A stretch of 64,000 nucleotides of DNA from contig CAWIEK010000015.1 in the NCBI GenBank assembly GCA_963835065.1, forward strand, positions 1-64,000. Direction: 5' to 3'. The notes under the pieces were generated by a model. It was not told the origin of the DNA. It did not search any database and was given only the letters and a program-made list of their open reading frames with translations. This stretch comes from an uncultured Chthonomonadaceae bacterium. Lineage in GTDB: Bacteria > Armatimonadota > Chthonomonadetes > Chthonomonadales > Chthonomonadaceae. The position numbers and the translations under genes were made by a program. Below, piece after piece: positions 1-10,138 of the stretch; the first letter of the stretch is position 1, and the number at the start of each line of letters is the position of its first letter.

Positions 1-27
1 TATGCTAATTGTGGAAGGAGTAAGAAA

Positions 28-340
28 ATGTCGCAACTGCTGGAGTTTGAAGGAACGTGGGAGGAATTAGCCATGCGTGAGCCGGAATTTCGGGGCAAGA
101 AACTGAAGCTGACCGTTCTTGAAACTGCGGAGGTGCAGGAAACTGCGTTGCAATACAAACCCAGCTCCTACTGCGCGGGAGTTGCTGAAATTGCCGTTGG
201 AAGAACGTGAACGGATTCTCGCGGCACAAGCGGTTTTGCTGGAAGAAGAATACCGAACCAACCCGGACCTGACCGCTTTCGAGGCGTTTGGCCCAAACGA
301 CTTTTATGATGAGTACCCCGAAGATGCTTTCAGCAAATAA
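28..340 (+). CDS. Small antitoxin-like protein, split by a frameshift near 160
   Basis: SD GGAG before ATG 28; frames 28..210 and 119..340 join into one ~100 aa acidic protein (…ARELLKLPLEERERILAAQA…) overlapping a MazF/PemK fragment. Confidence 0.5.
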
Positions 341-437
341 ACCACAACGCGGCGAAGTCTGGCAGGTTCAATTTGATCCCTCTGTTGGCGCGGAAATACG
401 CAAAACACGGCTTGCAGTTGTAATGAATGTTGCCTAG
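324..437 (+). pseudogene. Truncated MazF/PemK-family toxin
   Basis: Translates MLSANKPQRGEVWQVQFDPSVGAEIRKTRLAVVMNVA*, the typical PemK N-terminus, and stops after 37 aa. Confidence 0.75.
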
Positions 438-910
438 TATAAAGACGGATTAAAAGCCTGAAACAAAGCAAAAACAGTGAACACTTTGCCCTCCACAGCC
501 GTCTAAATAGTAGAATAAAGTCTGCTATACAGATGTTCTACACACAGGAAGGGAGGTGCAAAGCCTATGTTTCACCCCTCCCGTTCGCCCTGACGCTGCA
601 GAGGTCACGACGCGTCACTCCTACAAGTGACACAACGAGACATCGGGCTGGATAGCGCTGCATTGCCAAGATCGCGACATGACTCCCACATATCCATTTT
701 TCATGCCTACCTTCATCCTTTGCTTGCGCCACTTCCCATTAGCAAAGGTCGCGCTTTCCGTTGATTCGGTAAGTTACAGATTTATGGGCATTAAGAAGAA
801 CGTGAAAGCCGCGCCGCTGCACTTTGAGATGCGGCGGCGGGGCTTTGGTGTCGGATGTTGCCGGTATTGGGTTTTCAGGCGTCCGGGATGCGAATGGCGT
901 CCTTGTCGGG

Positions 911-2086
911 TTATCGCGTTGTTGTCGGCTTTGTGGCGGCGGCCAGCGTTGCCGCGCTTTTGGCGGGAACCGTCAGCGCAAGGGCGAACGTGGCCCAACT
1001 GCTGGCCGTCATGGAAATGAACTGATCCTTATCGTGCGGGAAGTGGGTGTCGAAGGGCGACTGCACCGGGTTGGCGCGTTTGGCGACCCGCCAGGAACCG
1101 TCCTCCTGCTGCGTGGCGACCAGGTAAAATGCGCCCCGGCGATACACGGAATCGAGCGTCGGCATCCCGCCCGCCTGATGCAGCGCCACCAATGCCTGCC
1201 CCGTCGCGTAAGCGTCGCTGGCCCCATCGGGCAATTGCGCCCAGCCGCCATCGTCATGCTGCAAGGCAATGAGCGCGTCGGCTGCCGCTTGTATGTCCTT
1301 CGCGGGCGCTCCCGTCCACTTCAGGCCGCACAGACGAAACGCTTTGTCTTCCGTTGTTTTCGGACGCGCGTTCAGCAGCCAGTTGCGGGCTTGCGTGGTT
1401 CTGCGCGTCACTTCCGCGCTTTGCTGCAGAGCATATTTCTGGAGGGCGCGGACTGCCAGGGCGGTCGCGGTAAACTCGCTCGATTCCAGGGGCGGGCGCG
1501 CGGTCCAGACGGGCCAGCGTCCATCCGCCGCCTGCTTGCGCATGAGGAAAATGGCGGCGGCTTCCGTCGCTTTATCGGGCTTGCAGCCGTCCGCCGCCAG
1601 GCCGTTCAGGGCATACGCGAGGCTGAGGGGCGGGTCTACCAGCACCTCATCCAGCTCTTTTTCTACGGAAGGGTTGGTCTGCGCTTTCACCAGGGCGGGC
1701 TGCAAAGCGTCGCACATCCCTTTCACCAGTTTCGTGTCTTCCTGCGCCTGCTTTGTGTCCAGCACAAAGCCATGTTCGCGGGCTGCGGCATAAGCCATAG
1801 CCGGCACGGATTGATGATGGCAGGAGAAACACGCGCCCTGCACATGGTCGCGGAATCCCGCCGCGCCCTTTTGCAGCAGGGGCAGGCTGCGCGTGACCGC
1901 CGCTCGGTTCATGGCAATCAAATCTATATGCGGCGCGTCCTTCAAAGTTTCTTCCTGCGCCCGGGCAGGCGCGGCAAAAGCCAGCGCGCACAACGCGCTC
2001 AGGGGCAGCAGGATTGTCAGTAAGGGAGATACCATTCGGTTCGTTCCGTTGTAATGGATGTTTTTTGACTTCATCGTCGGTTGCAT
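911..2086 (-). CDS. Secreted prenyltransferase/squalene-cyclase repeat protein with CxxCH motif
   Basis: Signal-peptide-like N-terminus; CFSCHH; repeated QxxDGxW motifs (QAADGRW, QHDDGGW, QQEDGSW). Confidence 0.75.
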   Translation of the reverse strand: MQPTMKSKNIHYNGTNRMVSPLLTILLPLSALCALAFAAPARAQEETLKDAPHIDLIAMNRAAVTRSLPLLQKGAAGFRDHVQGACFSCHHQSVPAMAYAAAREHGFVLDTKQAQEDTKLVKGMCDALQPALVKAQTNPSVEKELDEVLVDPPLSLAYALNGLAADGCKPDKATEAAAIFLMRKQAADGRWPVWTARPPLESSEFTATALAVRALQKYALQQSAEVTRRTTQARNWLLNARPKTTEDKAFRLCGLKWTGAPAKDIQAAADALIALQHDDGGWAQLPDGASDAYATGQALVALHQAGGMPTLDSVYRRGAFYLVATQQEDGSWRVAKRANPVQSPFDTHFPHDKDQFISMTASSWATFALALTVPAKSAATLAAATKPTTTR

Positions 2087-2314
2087 CGTTGCTTGTCCTC
2101 TTGGGGAGCGCGTGGCTCCTGTTGTTATCCGGCGCGGCGAATTTCCGCGTTTTCAGGCATTTCCTTGTTCTTCTATAGGATACGCGCTGAAGGCAGATTG
2201 CGACCGTGAAGCATTTGGAAGCTGTCTTGTGAAATCCGTCACAATCTGGGGCAGGAGGAAGAAAATGTCCGAACTCGCGCCTTAGGGTCTGTAAAAGTAT
2301 AAGTTCCCATCACA

Positions 2315-2339
2315 CGGGCGTGATAAATCACGCCCCTAC
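2315..2339 (-). repeat. GTAG-type REP palindrome
   Basis: Minus strand reads GTAGGGGCGTGATTTATCACGCCC, a GTAG tetranucleotide followed by a hairpin. Confidence 0.6.
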
Positions 2340-2436
2340 GGATGTTTCGGGAAGGTATACATTTACAGACACTTAAAGGACAAACGGCAGGAGGTGAAAC
2401 ACGTCCGACTTTTGTAAATACCCTCCGATCAGCCTG

Positions 2437-3078
2437 TTACTCCAGAGTGAGCGGCTCCTCGGTTCGTGAGAGGGCTTCTCCGAAGAGGCAGCGCGCTGTG
2501 GTAAACGCCTGTTCCGCCGTGACTTCGGTGAGCGGACATACCATGATGTGCATGGGAACGCCTTCAGGATAAAACTCTACGCTTTGCAGATAGTGGATGC
2601 CGGACAATCGTTTTGCTCCCAAATGTCGGTAGAACCGGATGCGGCGCTCCGCAACTTCGCGCTCCGGCCCTGTATGATTATCGGGGCTGTCTACTTCAAA
2701 CAGCAAGGCCGCATAGCCTGCTCCGCGCGCGCGCTCAATAAGCGCCTGAAAGGTCTGGCTGCCGATGCCGCCACCCCGACGCTTTTCAGCAACGGCGATG
2801 TAGATCAGGTAAGCGGCTCCACATTCGGCCTCCTCATCGTAGTGCGCCATTGCCGCCATCTCGCCCGCGTCATCTATTGCGGTGAGCAAATGCGACGTGG
2901 TGGCTTCGCCGGACTGCCGCTTCAGCAGGGTCTTGACCAGGCTGGAAACGGCAATGCGCTCGTTGGCGGGAAACGCCGTTTCATACAAATCAAGGTAGAG
3001 CAGGAAATTCGGATCGTCTACCCGCTCAATCTCCTGCAAATGAATGGCGCTGTCGCTTTTTTGGATGGTGTCGCTCAT
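2437..3078 (-). CDS. GNAT family N-acetyltransferase
   Basis: Acetyl-CoA motif YIAVAEKRRGGGIG and RRIRFYRHLG; probable start MSDTIQ at 3078. Confidence 0.85.
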   Translation of the reverse strand: MSDTIQKSDSAIHLQEIERVDDPNFLLYLDLYETAFPANERIAVSSLVKTLLKRQSGEATTSHLLTAIDDAGEMAAMAHYDEEAECGAAYLIYIAVAEKRRGGGIGSQTFQALIERARGAGYAALLFEVDSPDNHTGPEREVAERRIRFYRHLGAKRLSGIHYLQSVEFYPEGVPMHIMVCPLTEVTAEQAFTTARCLFGEALSRTEEPLTLE

Positions 3079-3211
3079 CTTCGTGCCCTTCTCCTTTTGC
3101 CCCTTGCCGTGTTTGCGGCTGCGCGTCCGTACAGGGTTCTGTTCCCGCCCGCAACCCTCAACTTTTGCGCCTGCGCGTCCGTACACTGTTCTATTCCCAC
3201 CCTTGTTACGC

Positions 3212-6200
3212 TTAGGGTTCCCCGGCATCTGGCGACTCTGTTTCGCCTACTTGTTCGGCGTGTATATCCTCATAGGCTTGCGCCAGCAGGCTTGGAGTGG
3301 CGCTATCCAGCCAGCGAATAAAGTCCGCAAGCCGCGCTAAGGGGCGCGTTTGAGCAGACTTGCCGTCAGCGGCAAGTCCGGCATTGTCACAAACAAGGTT
3401 CGTCCATTCCTCGGAAGCGGCCATGTTGCGCAGGACAGCCGCAATGCGCTCCAGAGTCTCGGAAGGGTCGCTGTTCAATTGCGCTTCATCGTCAGGCAGA
3501 GGAGGCAGCATCGCGCTGACCGCTTGCTGCAAGGAGTCTGCGGAGTCGGGCAGCAGGGAGGGCGGATGCTGCGCGTCGGCATTGAGACTCCAATAGGGCT
3601 TCCAAAAATGGTACAGCCGTTCGTAAGCAATTTCAAGCGCGCTGTTGCTGATGCGCCGACCTGTCCGCAGAGCGTTCATTATGCGGTTGCCGGACGTAGG
3701 CTGAAACAGCGGGCGAGCGCGCGCTCTCATGCGGGCGCGGTGTTCCGTATAAAAGGTAATGGCGTAAGTATCGCGTTCGGTGAGCAGATAAATGTAGGCC
3801 AGCAGGATGGCGGCGCTGTGATATAAGGCCGCCTCGTCAAATCTGCCTTCCCGCGCGGCTGCGCCGCCCAATGTCGCGTACGCATTGGCTAAAAGTTCGC
3901 TGTCAAGGCGCTTCACATCGCCTGCGCACTCCGCATGCTCATCCGCGATTACCTGTTCGCAAAGGGCGGCAGCCTTGAGCGCATTGCCGGCCAGCTCATA
4001 ACGCTGGGCCGCATCCCCCAGCGACCATTGCCACATAAAGCGAAAGAACGAGTCGTTTGCCTGCTTGCCTGTCGGTTCCAGGGCGGCAAAGGATCGGCTG
4101 TAATGCCCCTCCCACTCCCTGTGAAATGGGCTTGACAGGCTATGTTGGTGCAGATGGAAGCTGGCTTCACCATAGTAGCGCATTAGAATGCCATAAAGAA
4201 ACTGCTCCGGCTGCGAAAGGGAAGCAGGATCGAAGTTTTCACCGCCGACTGACTGCAGCAACATTCGCTGAATCTTGTTTAACGCATCATAGACGCGCTG
4301 CCATTGCGCGCGGGCTGCGGGCAGGGCGCGCGCCTCCCAATCGGATTTTTGCGGATAGTTTTTGTCGAAGGTTTTCAGCAGATCGTGCAGCGCGGCCCCG
4401 GCAGGCTGCGTATCTCCTTCCTGCTGCGTATCTCCGGCACACAGCGCCAAATTTTTCCATTGGTTGAGCAGCTTGCGCCCGGTAGCCCCTGAATCCTGAA
4501 TGTAGGCATCCCACCAGTCATGCGAGATAAAATACATGCACGTAAAGCAGACGAGCATTAAAGGTTCTTTTTCGGGTTCCGCTTGCGCGCGGTTGACAAG
4601 AACCACAATCGTGCGTTTGGCTTCTTCCAGCCACGTTTGTGTTTCCAGTTCGTGCAGTTCGGTAAAATCCGGGTTTTTGGCTCCAAAAAGGGCATTGATC
4701 TGTAAGTCATTCGTCAGCACCTTGCTGATTTCGCGTCCACGCTGTAAATAGTGCAGGGGGCTGCGTTTGGGCAGGGGGATATTCTGCCTTTGCGCGACGG
4801 CAAGCAGCCGGTCCATAACGGGAAAATATCGCTGCAGTTTTTGCGTCTCGTTCGGCTTCCCGGCCTCTTCCGCGTTCTGCTGCCACGCCTCTTCCCACTG
4901 CTGCGCCAACTGCTTGCGCGTGGTTTTGAAGACAAGCGAATTGCGCGAAGCCGCGATTTCCAATGCGTTTTCGATGTCAGGCAATTCTTTTTGCAGCTTT
5001 ACCGTATCCTCGGCAACCGACAAACGTTCCGCCAGCGAACCCAAAAATCGCTCGACATAGCGGCCTTCCAGCTTTGTCACTCCACTGGCGGACGCTTTCG
5101 ACGCAAACTGCCCGCCTGCAAATTCTCGTATGGTGTTGAAAAACGTGTATGATTCCGGGCCTGCCTGCGTATCCGGCACAATGAGGTGGGCTTTCTCCAA
5201 GCTTTCATGCGCTTCTGGCGACCCTTCGCAAACCAACCGCATATCTGCAAGCGTCCAGGACGCGCGGAAGATGCTGAGGCTGCGCAACAGCGCCTGAGAT
5301 GCCTCTGCCAGTAAATTGTAACTCCAGACAATACACTTCGCCATCGTCTGATGGCGCTCATCGGTCGGCTCGCGCTCAATGTCGGCGGGCTGCATTTCCA
5401 GAGGTTCCAGCAGCGACTCCTCCAGAGCCTTGAGCATCGCCGCAAGCCATCGGGCAGGATCGTCGCCGGTTTGCTGTACGTAGTCGGAAGCGCGGGATGC
5501 CGCGAGAACGATAGCCAGCGGGATGCACTCCAGCTTGCAGCAGATACGAACAATCTGCCTGACATGCTCATCTTGAGTCAGCAGGCTGCGAAGCGCATTC
5601 CGATAACCTGCCTCGTAGAAGTCTGCCTGTTGGCGCGTGGGCTGCTGCGGCTGCGGATGCAAGTCCAAAGTGGCGCGATGCGCAAACAGCTTGACGGCTT
5701 CGTTGTTGAGCCATGTGTCCGGGGAACTGCGTACATTCGGACGCTCCATTTCCTTGAGTTCGACGGACTGCGCTCCGGCAATGGGAATGCGGCTGGTCAG
5801 CAGCACCTTGGCTTTCGTCGCCAGTGTTGCGACAACCCGCGCCAGCATGTCCTGGTCGCGTAGATGCTCGGCGTTGTCCAATACCAGCAGCGCTTTTCGC
5901 GCCGCAAAGAGTCTCTCGTAGGTTGCCTGTACCTGGGCGGCAACGCCGGCATGCGCGTCTGCTTTATAAGCCATTCCCAGTTGATTGCTGATCTCTCCCC
6001 AAACGCCATCTTCGCTGTCCTGGGGGCACTGCGTCAGGTCTACATAATACATGTTCGCCCCGCAGCACTGGCGCAGATGGGCCAGTACCGGTTCCGCCTG
6101 GGGAATGTAAAGGTCGGCAGGGGGATGCCCTGCAATACAGCCGGCCACCGCAATGGCTAAACGTGTTTTGCCCCAGCCGCCCATGCCGACAACGGTAACG

Positions 6201-6454
6201 GCGCTGTACCGGTTGAGAGCGTTCAGCACCTTGACAACATAGCCCTGACGACCGTAAAAGTCGTTCATTTTACGATCCGGCCAGTTATGAAACAAAGTGG
6301 CATGGACGGGCTGCGAAGGCGCTTCAACGGACGCATCCCGGTCACTATCGTCAGGTCCAAACCCACTGGCAATCAGTTCGATGACCGAGTTTAACACGGC
6401 CAGGGATCGGGGTGGGGCAGGGTGGGAAACAGCAGCGGATTTCTGCCCGGTCAT
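3212..6454 (-). CDS. STAND/NB-ARC-like P-loop ATPase with helical C-terminal region
   Basis: Walker A GMGGWGKT, Walker B LLVLDNAEH, LLTSR, CCKLECIPLAIVLAA, IVWSYNLL; TPR-like C-terminus; SD AGGAG. Confidence 0.85.
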   Translation of the reverse strand: MTGQKSAAVSHPAPPRSLAVLNSVIELIASGFGPDDSDRDASVEAPSQPVHATLFHNWPDRKMNDFYGRQGYVVKVLNALNRYSAVTVVGMGGWGKTRLAIAVAGCIAGHPPADLYIPQAEPVLAHLRQCCGANMYYVDLTQCPQDSEDGVWGEISNQLGMAYKADAHAGVAAQVQATYERLFAARKALLVLDNAEHLRDQDMLARVVATLATKAKVLLTSRIPIAGAQSVELKEMERPNVRSSPDTWLNNEAVKLFAHRATLDLHPQPQQPTRQQADFYEAGYRNALRSLLTQDEHVRQIVRICCKLECIPLAIVLAASRASDYVQQTGDDPARWLAAMLKALEESLLEPLEMQPADIEREPTDERHQTMAKCIVWSYNLLAEASQALLRSLSIFRASWTLADMRLVCEGSPEAHESLEKAHLIVPDTQAGPESYTFFNTIREFAGGQFASKASASGVTKLEGRYVERFLGSLAERLSVAEDTVKLQKELPDIENALEIAASRNSLVFKTTRKQLAQQWEEAWQQNAEEAGKPNETQKLQRYFPVMDRLLAVAQRQNIPLPKRSPLHYLQRGREISKVLTNDLQINALFGAKNPDFTELHELETQTWLEEAKRTIVVLVNRAQAEPEKEPLMLVCFTCMYFISHDWWDAYIQDSGATGRKLLNQWKNLALCAGDTQQEGDTQPAGAALHDLLKTFDKNYPQKSDWEARALPAARAQWQRVYDALNKIQRMLLQSVGGENFDPASLSQPEQFLYGILMRYYGEASFHLHQHSLSSPFHREWEGHYSRSFAALEPTGKQANDSFFRFMWQWSLGDAAQRYELAGNALKAAALCEQVIADEHAECAGDVKRLDSELLANAYATLGGAAAREGRFDEAALYHSAAILLAYIYLLTERDTYAITFYTEHRARMRARARPLFQPTSGNRIMNALRTGRRISNSALEIAYERLYHFWKPYWSLNADAQHPPSLLPDSADSLQQAVSAMLPPLPDDEAQLNSDPSETLERIAAVLRNMAASEEWTNLVCDNAGLAADGKSAQTRPLARLADFIRWLDSATPSLLAQAYEDIHAEQVGETESPDAGEP

Positions 6455-7518
6455 GGCGCGGTATCTCCTATGTCTGTATCAAACGCGGCGGGAGGATAGA
6501 GTTTGGACTTAATCTTGAAGTAGTTGGCTGCCAGGTACTGCTCATCCTCCTTGCGCATGGAACTCGGCGTCCTTTTACGGTGGTCACGAAAATAAGGCTC
6601 CCGGAGAAATTCTTTTGTGATTGCGTCTGCTCTCGTGTGTTGATCCTTCACATGAATTTCATTATCGGAGTTGACGCGAGCTTGAATAAAATGGCGCGCG
6701 TGGGATTTCCGAACGACCCAACAGCCTTTCCAAAAAACCAGATAAAACATCCAGGCCGTGAAAGCGAAAAAAGGCGTCGTGAAGTTGGAGGGGCTGGACA
6801 GAAAACTTGTCCACCATTGCAGGCTGCTCAACTGGTGAGCATCCTCATTGATTTTGCGTTCAATGGCGGCAACGCTGAGGGTATCCCCTGCGTTCTGCGC
6901 GAGCTGCAGCGCGGTGAATTGCGCAAACTTGCATTTCTTGGTTGGATCAGCGCCGGCGTTAAGCAGGTAATTCACCACTTGCACATGCTTATTGTCGCTG
7001 GCGTACATCAGGGCGGTGTAGCCATAGGTCGAATCGTTAGGATCGTCGTCGTTAGCCGTATCGCAGAGGTTGATGTATTCGCCGACGTGAAGAGGCTTAT
7101 TGCTTCCGCGCAGAACGGGTTGCCCGCCATACGTTTGCTGGTTCCAATTCCAAATGCCCTTGCTGTCCAACCGAATCAGCTTGTGAACAGCCGCCAGATT
7201 GCCGATCTTCGCGGCGTACATCAGCGCTGTTCTGCCTTTGGCGTCCATGCCGACGCGATTGTGGCTTGTATCCCCACCGGTCAGGCGGTCAAAGGTTTCA
7301 ATATCTGAATTTGCAATCGCCTGCCGTAATTGCCGCGTCAGTTCGGCAGTATTAGCGGGTCGGAGCGTAACCGATGAGGATGGGGAAGACTGCCTGCTCT
7401 GGTTCTTCGTGGCGCCATCCGCCAGAACAGGCACAGACCAGATGGAAAGGCAAAACAGGAGGCAACAAAAAAGCGGGCACAGCCATGTTCCCTGCCGGCG
7501 CCTGGCGCGTTTCTGCAT
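6451..7518 (-). CDS. Ankyrin repeat membrane protein
   Basis: Signal peptide; GRTALMYAA, GYTALMYAS and TALQLA ankyrin motifs; hydrophobic segment FFAFTAWMFYLVFW; 4-bp ATGA overlap with the STAND gene. Confidence 0.8.
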   Translation of the reverse strand: MQKRARRRQGTWLCPLFCCLLFCLSIWSVPVLADGATKNQSRQSSPSSSVTLRPANTAELTRQLRQAIANSDIETFDRLTGGDTSHNRVGMDAKGRTALMYAAKIGNLAAVHKLIRLDSKGIWNWNQQTYGGQPVLRGSNKPLHVGEYINLCDTANDDDPNDSTYGYTALMYASDNKHVQVVNYLLNAGADPTKKCKFAQFTALQLAQNAGDTLSVAAIERKINEDAHQLSSLQWWTSFLSSPSNFTTPFFAFTAWMFYLVFWKGCWVVRKSHARHFIQARVNSDNEIHVKDQHTRADAITKEFLREPYFRDHRKRTPSSMRKEDEQYLAANYFKIKSKLYPPAAFDTDIGDTAP

Positions 7519-7702
7519 GTTTCTCTCCCGAAGCGATTATCAAACGATGCGCAGCGAATGATGTGTCGAAACAACATCAATTCTCCGCGTTATTATCATG
7601 ATAGACATTGCTACGGGCGAAGTAGTTTCAGTTTTTGTTGTGGAAAAGCGACGCATACGAGGAAAGCGCATACGGAGAGAAGCGCATACGGAGGGAATAA
7701 CC

Positions 7703-7801
7703 GGCAGGGATGAACAACAAGTAAAAGGGAAACCCTGGCTGGAAACGTACTCCCACTTGCGGGCTGATGTGGCAGGGATGAACAACAAGTAAAAGGGAAA
7801 C
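7703..7801. repeat. Two identical 31-bp direct repeats separated by 37 bp (possible mini-CRISPR)
   Basis: GGCAGGGATGAACAACAAGTAAAAGGGAAAC at 7703-7733 and 7771-7801. Confidence 0.6.
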
Positions 7802-7805
7802 GGCA

Positions 7806-8894
7806 TCAACGGACACCGGTATTGCCGCGAGAACGCTGCTGTCGCTGCGCGTTGATCTGGTACACGAAGGCGAGGACTTCTGCGACGGCTTCGTACAAGT
7901 CACCGGGGATTTCGCGGCCTAACGCGCCATGTTTGTAGAGGGCGCGGGCGAGGGGCGGGTTTTCCACAACGGGAACCTTGTTGTCGCGGGCCAGTTCGCG
8001 GATTCGGAGGGCGATCAAATCCTGCCCTTTGGCAACCACAATCGGCGCGGTCATGCGATCAGGTTCGTATTTGAGGGCAACGGCGAAGTGCGTGGGGTTG
8101 GTGACAATCACATCGGCTGTGGGAACTTCGGCCATCATCCGCTTTCTGGCGATCTGCCGCTGCTTCGCCCGGATGCGCGCCTTGATCTGCGGGTTGCCGT
8201 CCTGATTTTTATGCTCCTGCTTCACTTCCTCTTTGGTCATGCGCAGAGATTTTTCGTGTGACCACTTCTGGTACGCATAATCCAGCGCGCCCAGCACCAG
8301 CATCGTCAACACGCAGCGCAATGCCAGCCGGTACGCCATTTCCGCCACCAGGTCTATGCCTGCCATCAAGTCCATGCGCGACGTGAGCAGCAATTGGGGA
8401 AAGCTGCCCCGAACCGTACTCCAGCAGATGCCGCCGACAAGCCCGATTTTTGCAAGCGACTTGACTAAATCCACGAGCGAGCGGCTGGAAATGAAACGCT
8501 TCGCGCCGGTGAGGGGATTGAGTCTGTTGAAGTTCCATTTTAACGCTTCGGGCGCCCACAACGGCCCCGTCTGCGCCATGTTGAGAACTACGCCCAACAC
8601 CATTGCCGTCAGCAGGATCGGCATCAACGCCTGCGCGACGGTCATAAACAAATGCCCGCCCAGCGTCAGCACGGCGTTGGACGTCAACTGCGTATCATTG
8701 AGGTGGTGAAACATCTCCTCGAAGTACGCCTGTATGATGCCGCCCGCCCGCCCGACGCCGCTATGCAGCGCCATCAGGATGCCCAGCATCACGCCCATCG
8801 AACAAATCTCGGTGGATTTCGCCACCTGCCCTTTGCTGCGGGCTTCGCTCCGCCGCTTGGGGGTCGCCGCCTCGGTTTTATCGTCGCCAGCCAT
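7806..8894 (-). CDS. flhB: Flagellar export protein FlhB
   Basis: KTEAATPKRR N-terminus, NPTH autocleavage motif, ENPPLARALY. Confidence 0.97.
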   Translation of the reverse strand: MAGDDKTEAATPKRRSEARSKGQVAKSTEICSMGVMLGILMALHSGVGRAGGIIQAYFEEMFHHLNDTQLTSNAVLTLGGHLFMTVAQALMPILLTAMVLGVVLNMAQTGPLWAPEALKWNFNRLNPLTGAKRFISSRSLVDLVKSLAKIGLVGGICWSTVRGSFPQLLLTSRMDLMAGIDLVAEMAYRLALRCVLTMLVLGALDYAYQKWSHEKSLRMTKEEVKQEHKNQDGNPQIKARIRAKQRQIARKRMMAEVPTADVIVTNPTHFAVALKYEPDRMTAPIVVAKGQDLIALRIRELARDNKVPVVENPPLARALYKHGALGREIPGDLYEAVAEVLAFVYQINAQRQQRSRGNTGVR

Positions 8895-8903
8895 TAGGGA
8901 CTC

Positions 8904-9024
8904 CAGGTTTCAGGTTTCAGGTTTCAGGTTTCAGGAAATTCTCAATGGTAGATTTTGCCTTCTCACCAGGACAGCAGAATAATGCTGAGTTTTCCTGACA
9001 CCTGACACCTGAAACCTGAAACCT
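8904..9024. repeat. Inverted heptamer-array element (CAGGTTT)n … (AAACCTG)n
   Basis: Tandem 7-mers form inverted arms around a unique core between flhB and fliR. Confidence 0.8.
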
Positions 9025-9789
9025 TCACTTTGCCGCCGCCACCAGCGCGTTCATCCCCGTATCCGTGCCGGCGATGATCTGCCCGACGATGATGGACATA
9101 ATCGGCAGCAGCATGGCGACGGTCATCAGGCCGACGATGATTTTGGCGGGGATGCCGACGACGAACACGTTGATTTGCGGAACCATGCGCGCGATCAGCC
9201 CGAACGCCACATCCACCAGCAGCAGCACGGCGGTTGCGGGCAGAGCCATTTGCAGGCCGAGCATGAACATCATTTTCAAGATCGGCCCCATCGTCAGGCC
9301 GAAGGAGCCGTGCAGCGCAATCGCGCCGGGCGGCACGGCCAGAAAACTTTTTTGCATCGCTGCCAGCAGCATCAAGTGCCCGTTTGCCAGCAGAAACACG
9401 GTCACAGCCAGTTGGTACTGAAACGCGCTCAACAGCGACGCCTGTTGTTCGGAAAACGGGTTGATGAGATTGATAAACCCGAACCCGATTTGCGTGTCAA
9501 TGAAATACCCGGCCATTTCCACGCACGAAAACAGGACGCGCGCCAGATACCCCAACGCCATGCCAAACAGCGCGTCCTTCAAGACTCCGCCCGCCAGAAG
9601 CAGCAGATTGGCGGGGATAGGGCCGGTGTGGGGAGCGGCCAGCGGAACCAGCGCCAGGGAAAACACCAGGATAAACCCGGCCTTTACCTGTTTGGGAATG
9701 GCATGGTTGCCGAAAAGCGGCGCGGCGGTCATCAAGCCGCCCACGCGCGCAAAAACCAGCAGGAAGGTGTAGAAGTCGTGAATAGGCAT
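9025..9789 (-). CDS. fliR: Flagellar biosynthesis protein FliR
   Basis: Polytopic membrane protein with AGYFIDTQIGFG and RMVPQINVF motifs; lies between fliQ and flhB. Confidence 0.96.
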   Translation of the reverse strand: MPIHDFYTFLLVFARVGGLMTAAPLFGNHAIPKQVKAGFILVFSLALVPLAAPHTGPIPANLLLLAGGVLKDALFGMALGYLARVLFSCVEMAGYFIDTQIGFGFINLINPFSEQQASLLSAFQYQLAVTVFLLANGHLMLLAAMQKSFLAVPPGAIALHGSFGLTMGPILKMMFMLGLQMALPATAVLLLVDVAFGLIARMVPQINVFVVGIPAKIIVGLMTVAMLLPIMSIIVGQIIAGTDTGMNALVAAAK

Positions 9790-9860
9790 CAGGCATCAGG
9801 CATTAGGCATTAGGCATTAGGTACAGCGGCAATACTACTAATGCCTAATGCCTGATGCCT
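9784..9860. repeat. Inverted heptamer-array element (GGCATTA)n … (TAATGCC)n
   Basis: Tandem 7-mers in inverted arms between fliR and fliQ. Confidence 0.75.
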
Positions 9861-10134
9861 ACTTCATAACGGGCGGCATGTGATTATACGTGTGCTGCAT
9901 GAACTGCACCATCGTGGCAAGCATCCAGGGGCCGAACAGGGCGAGCGCGGCGACAACGGCCAGCAGCTTGGGCACGAACGTCAGGGTAAACTCCTGTATC
10001 GAGGTCACGGCTTGAAAGATGCTGACCAGTACGCCCGCCACCAGCCCGAACAGCAGCACGGGCAGCGACAACTTCAGGCACACGATCAGCACTTCCCGCC
10101 CGGCATCCAGTACGGCGTGGTCGGTCATAAGCAC
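9859..10134 (-). CDS. fliQ: Flagellar biosynthesis protein FliQ
   Basis: SIFQAVTSIQEFTLTFVPK motif, ~90 aa. Confidence 0.96.
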   Translation of the reverse strand: MLMTDHAVLDAGREVLIVCLKLSLPVLLFGLVAGVLVSIFQAVTSIQEFTLTFVPKLLAVVAALALFGPWMLATMVQFMQHTYNHMPPVMK

Positions 10135-10138
10135 TCCG

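Noticed and set aside
6440..6470. Ankyrin and STAND genes as one frameshifted fusion
   Set aside because: The ATGA overlap and an AGGAG SD before the STAND start fit translational coupling, though an indel is not fully excluded
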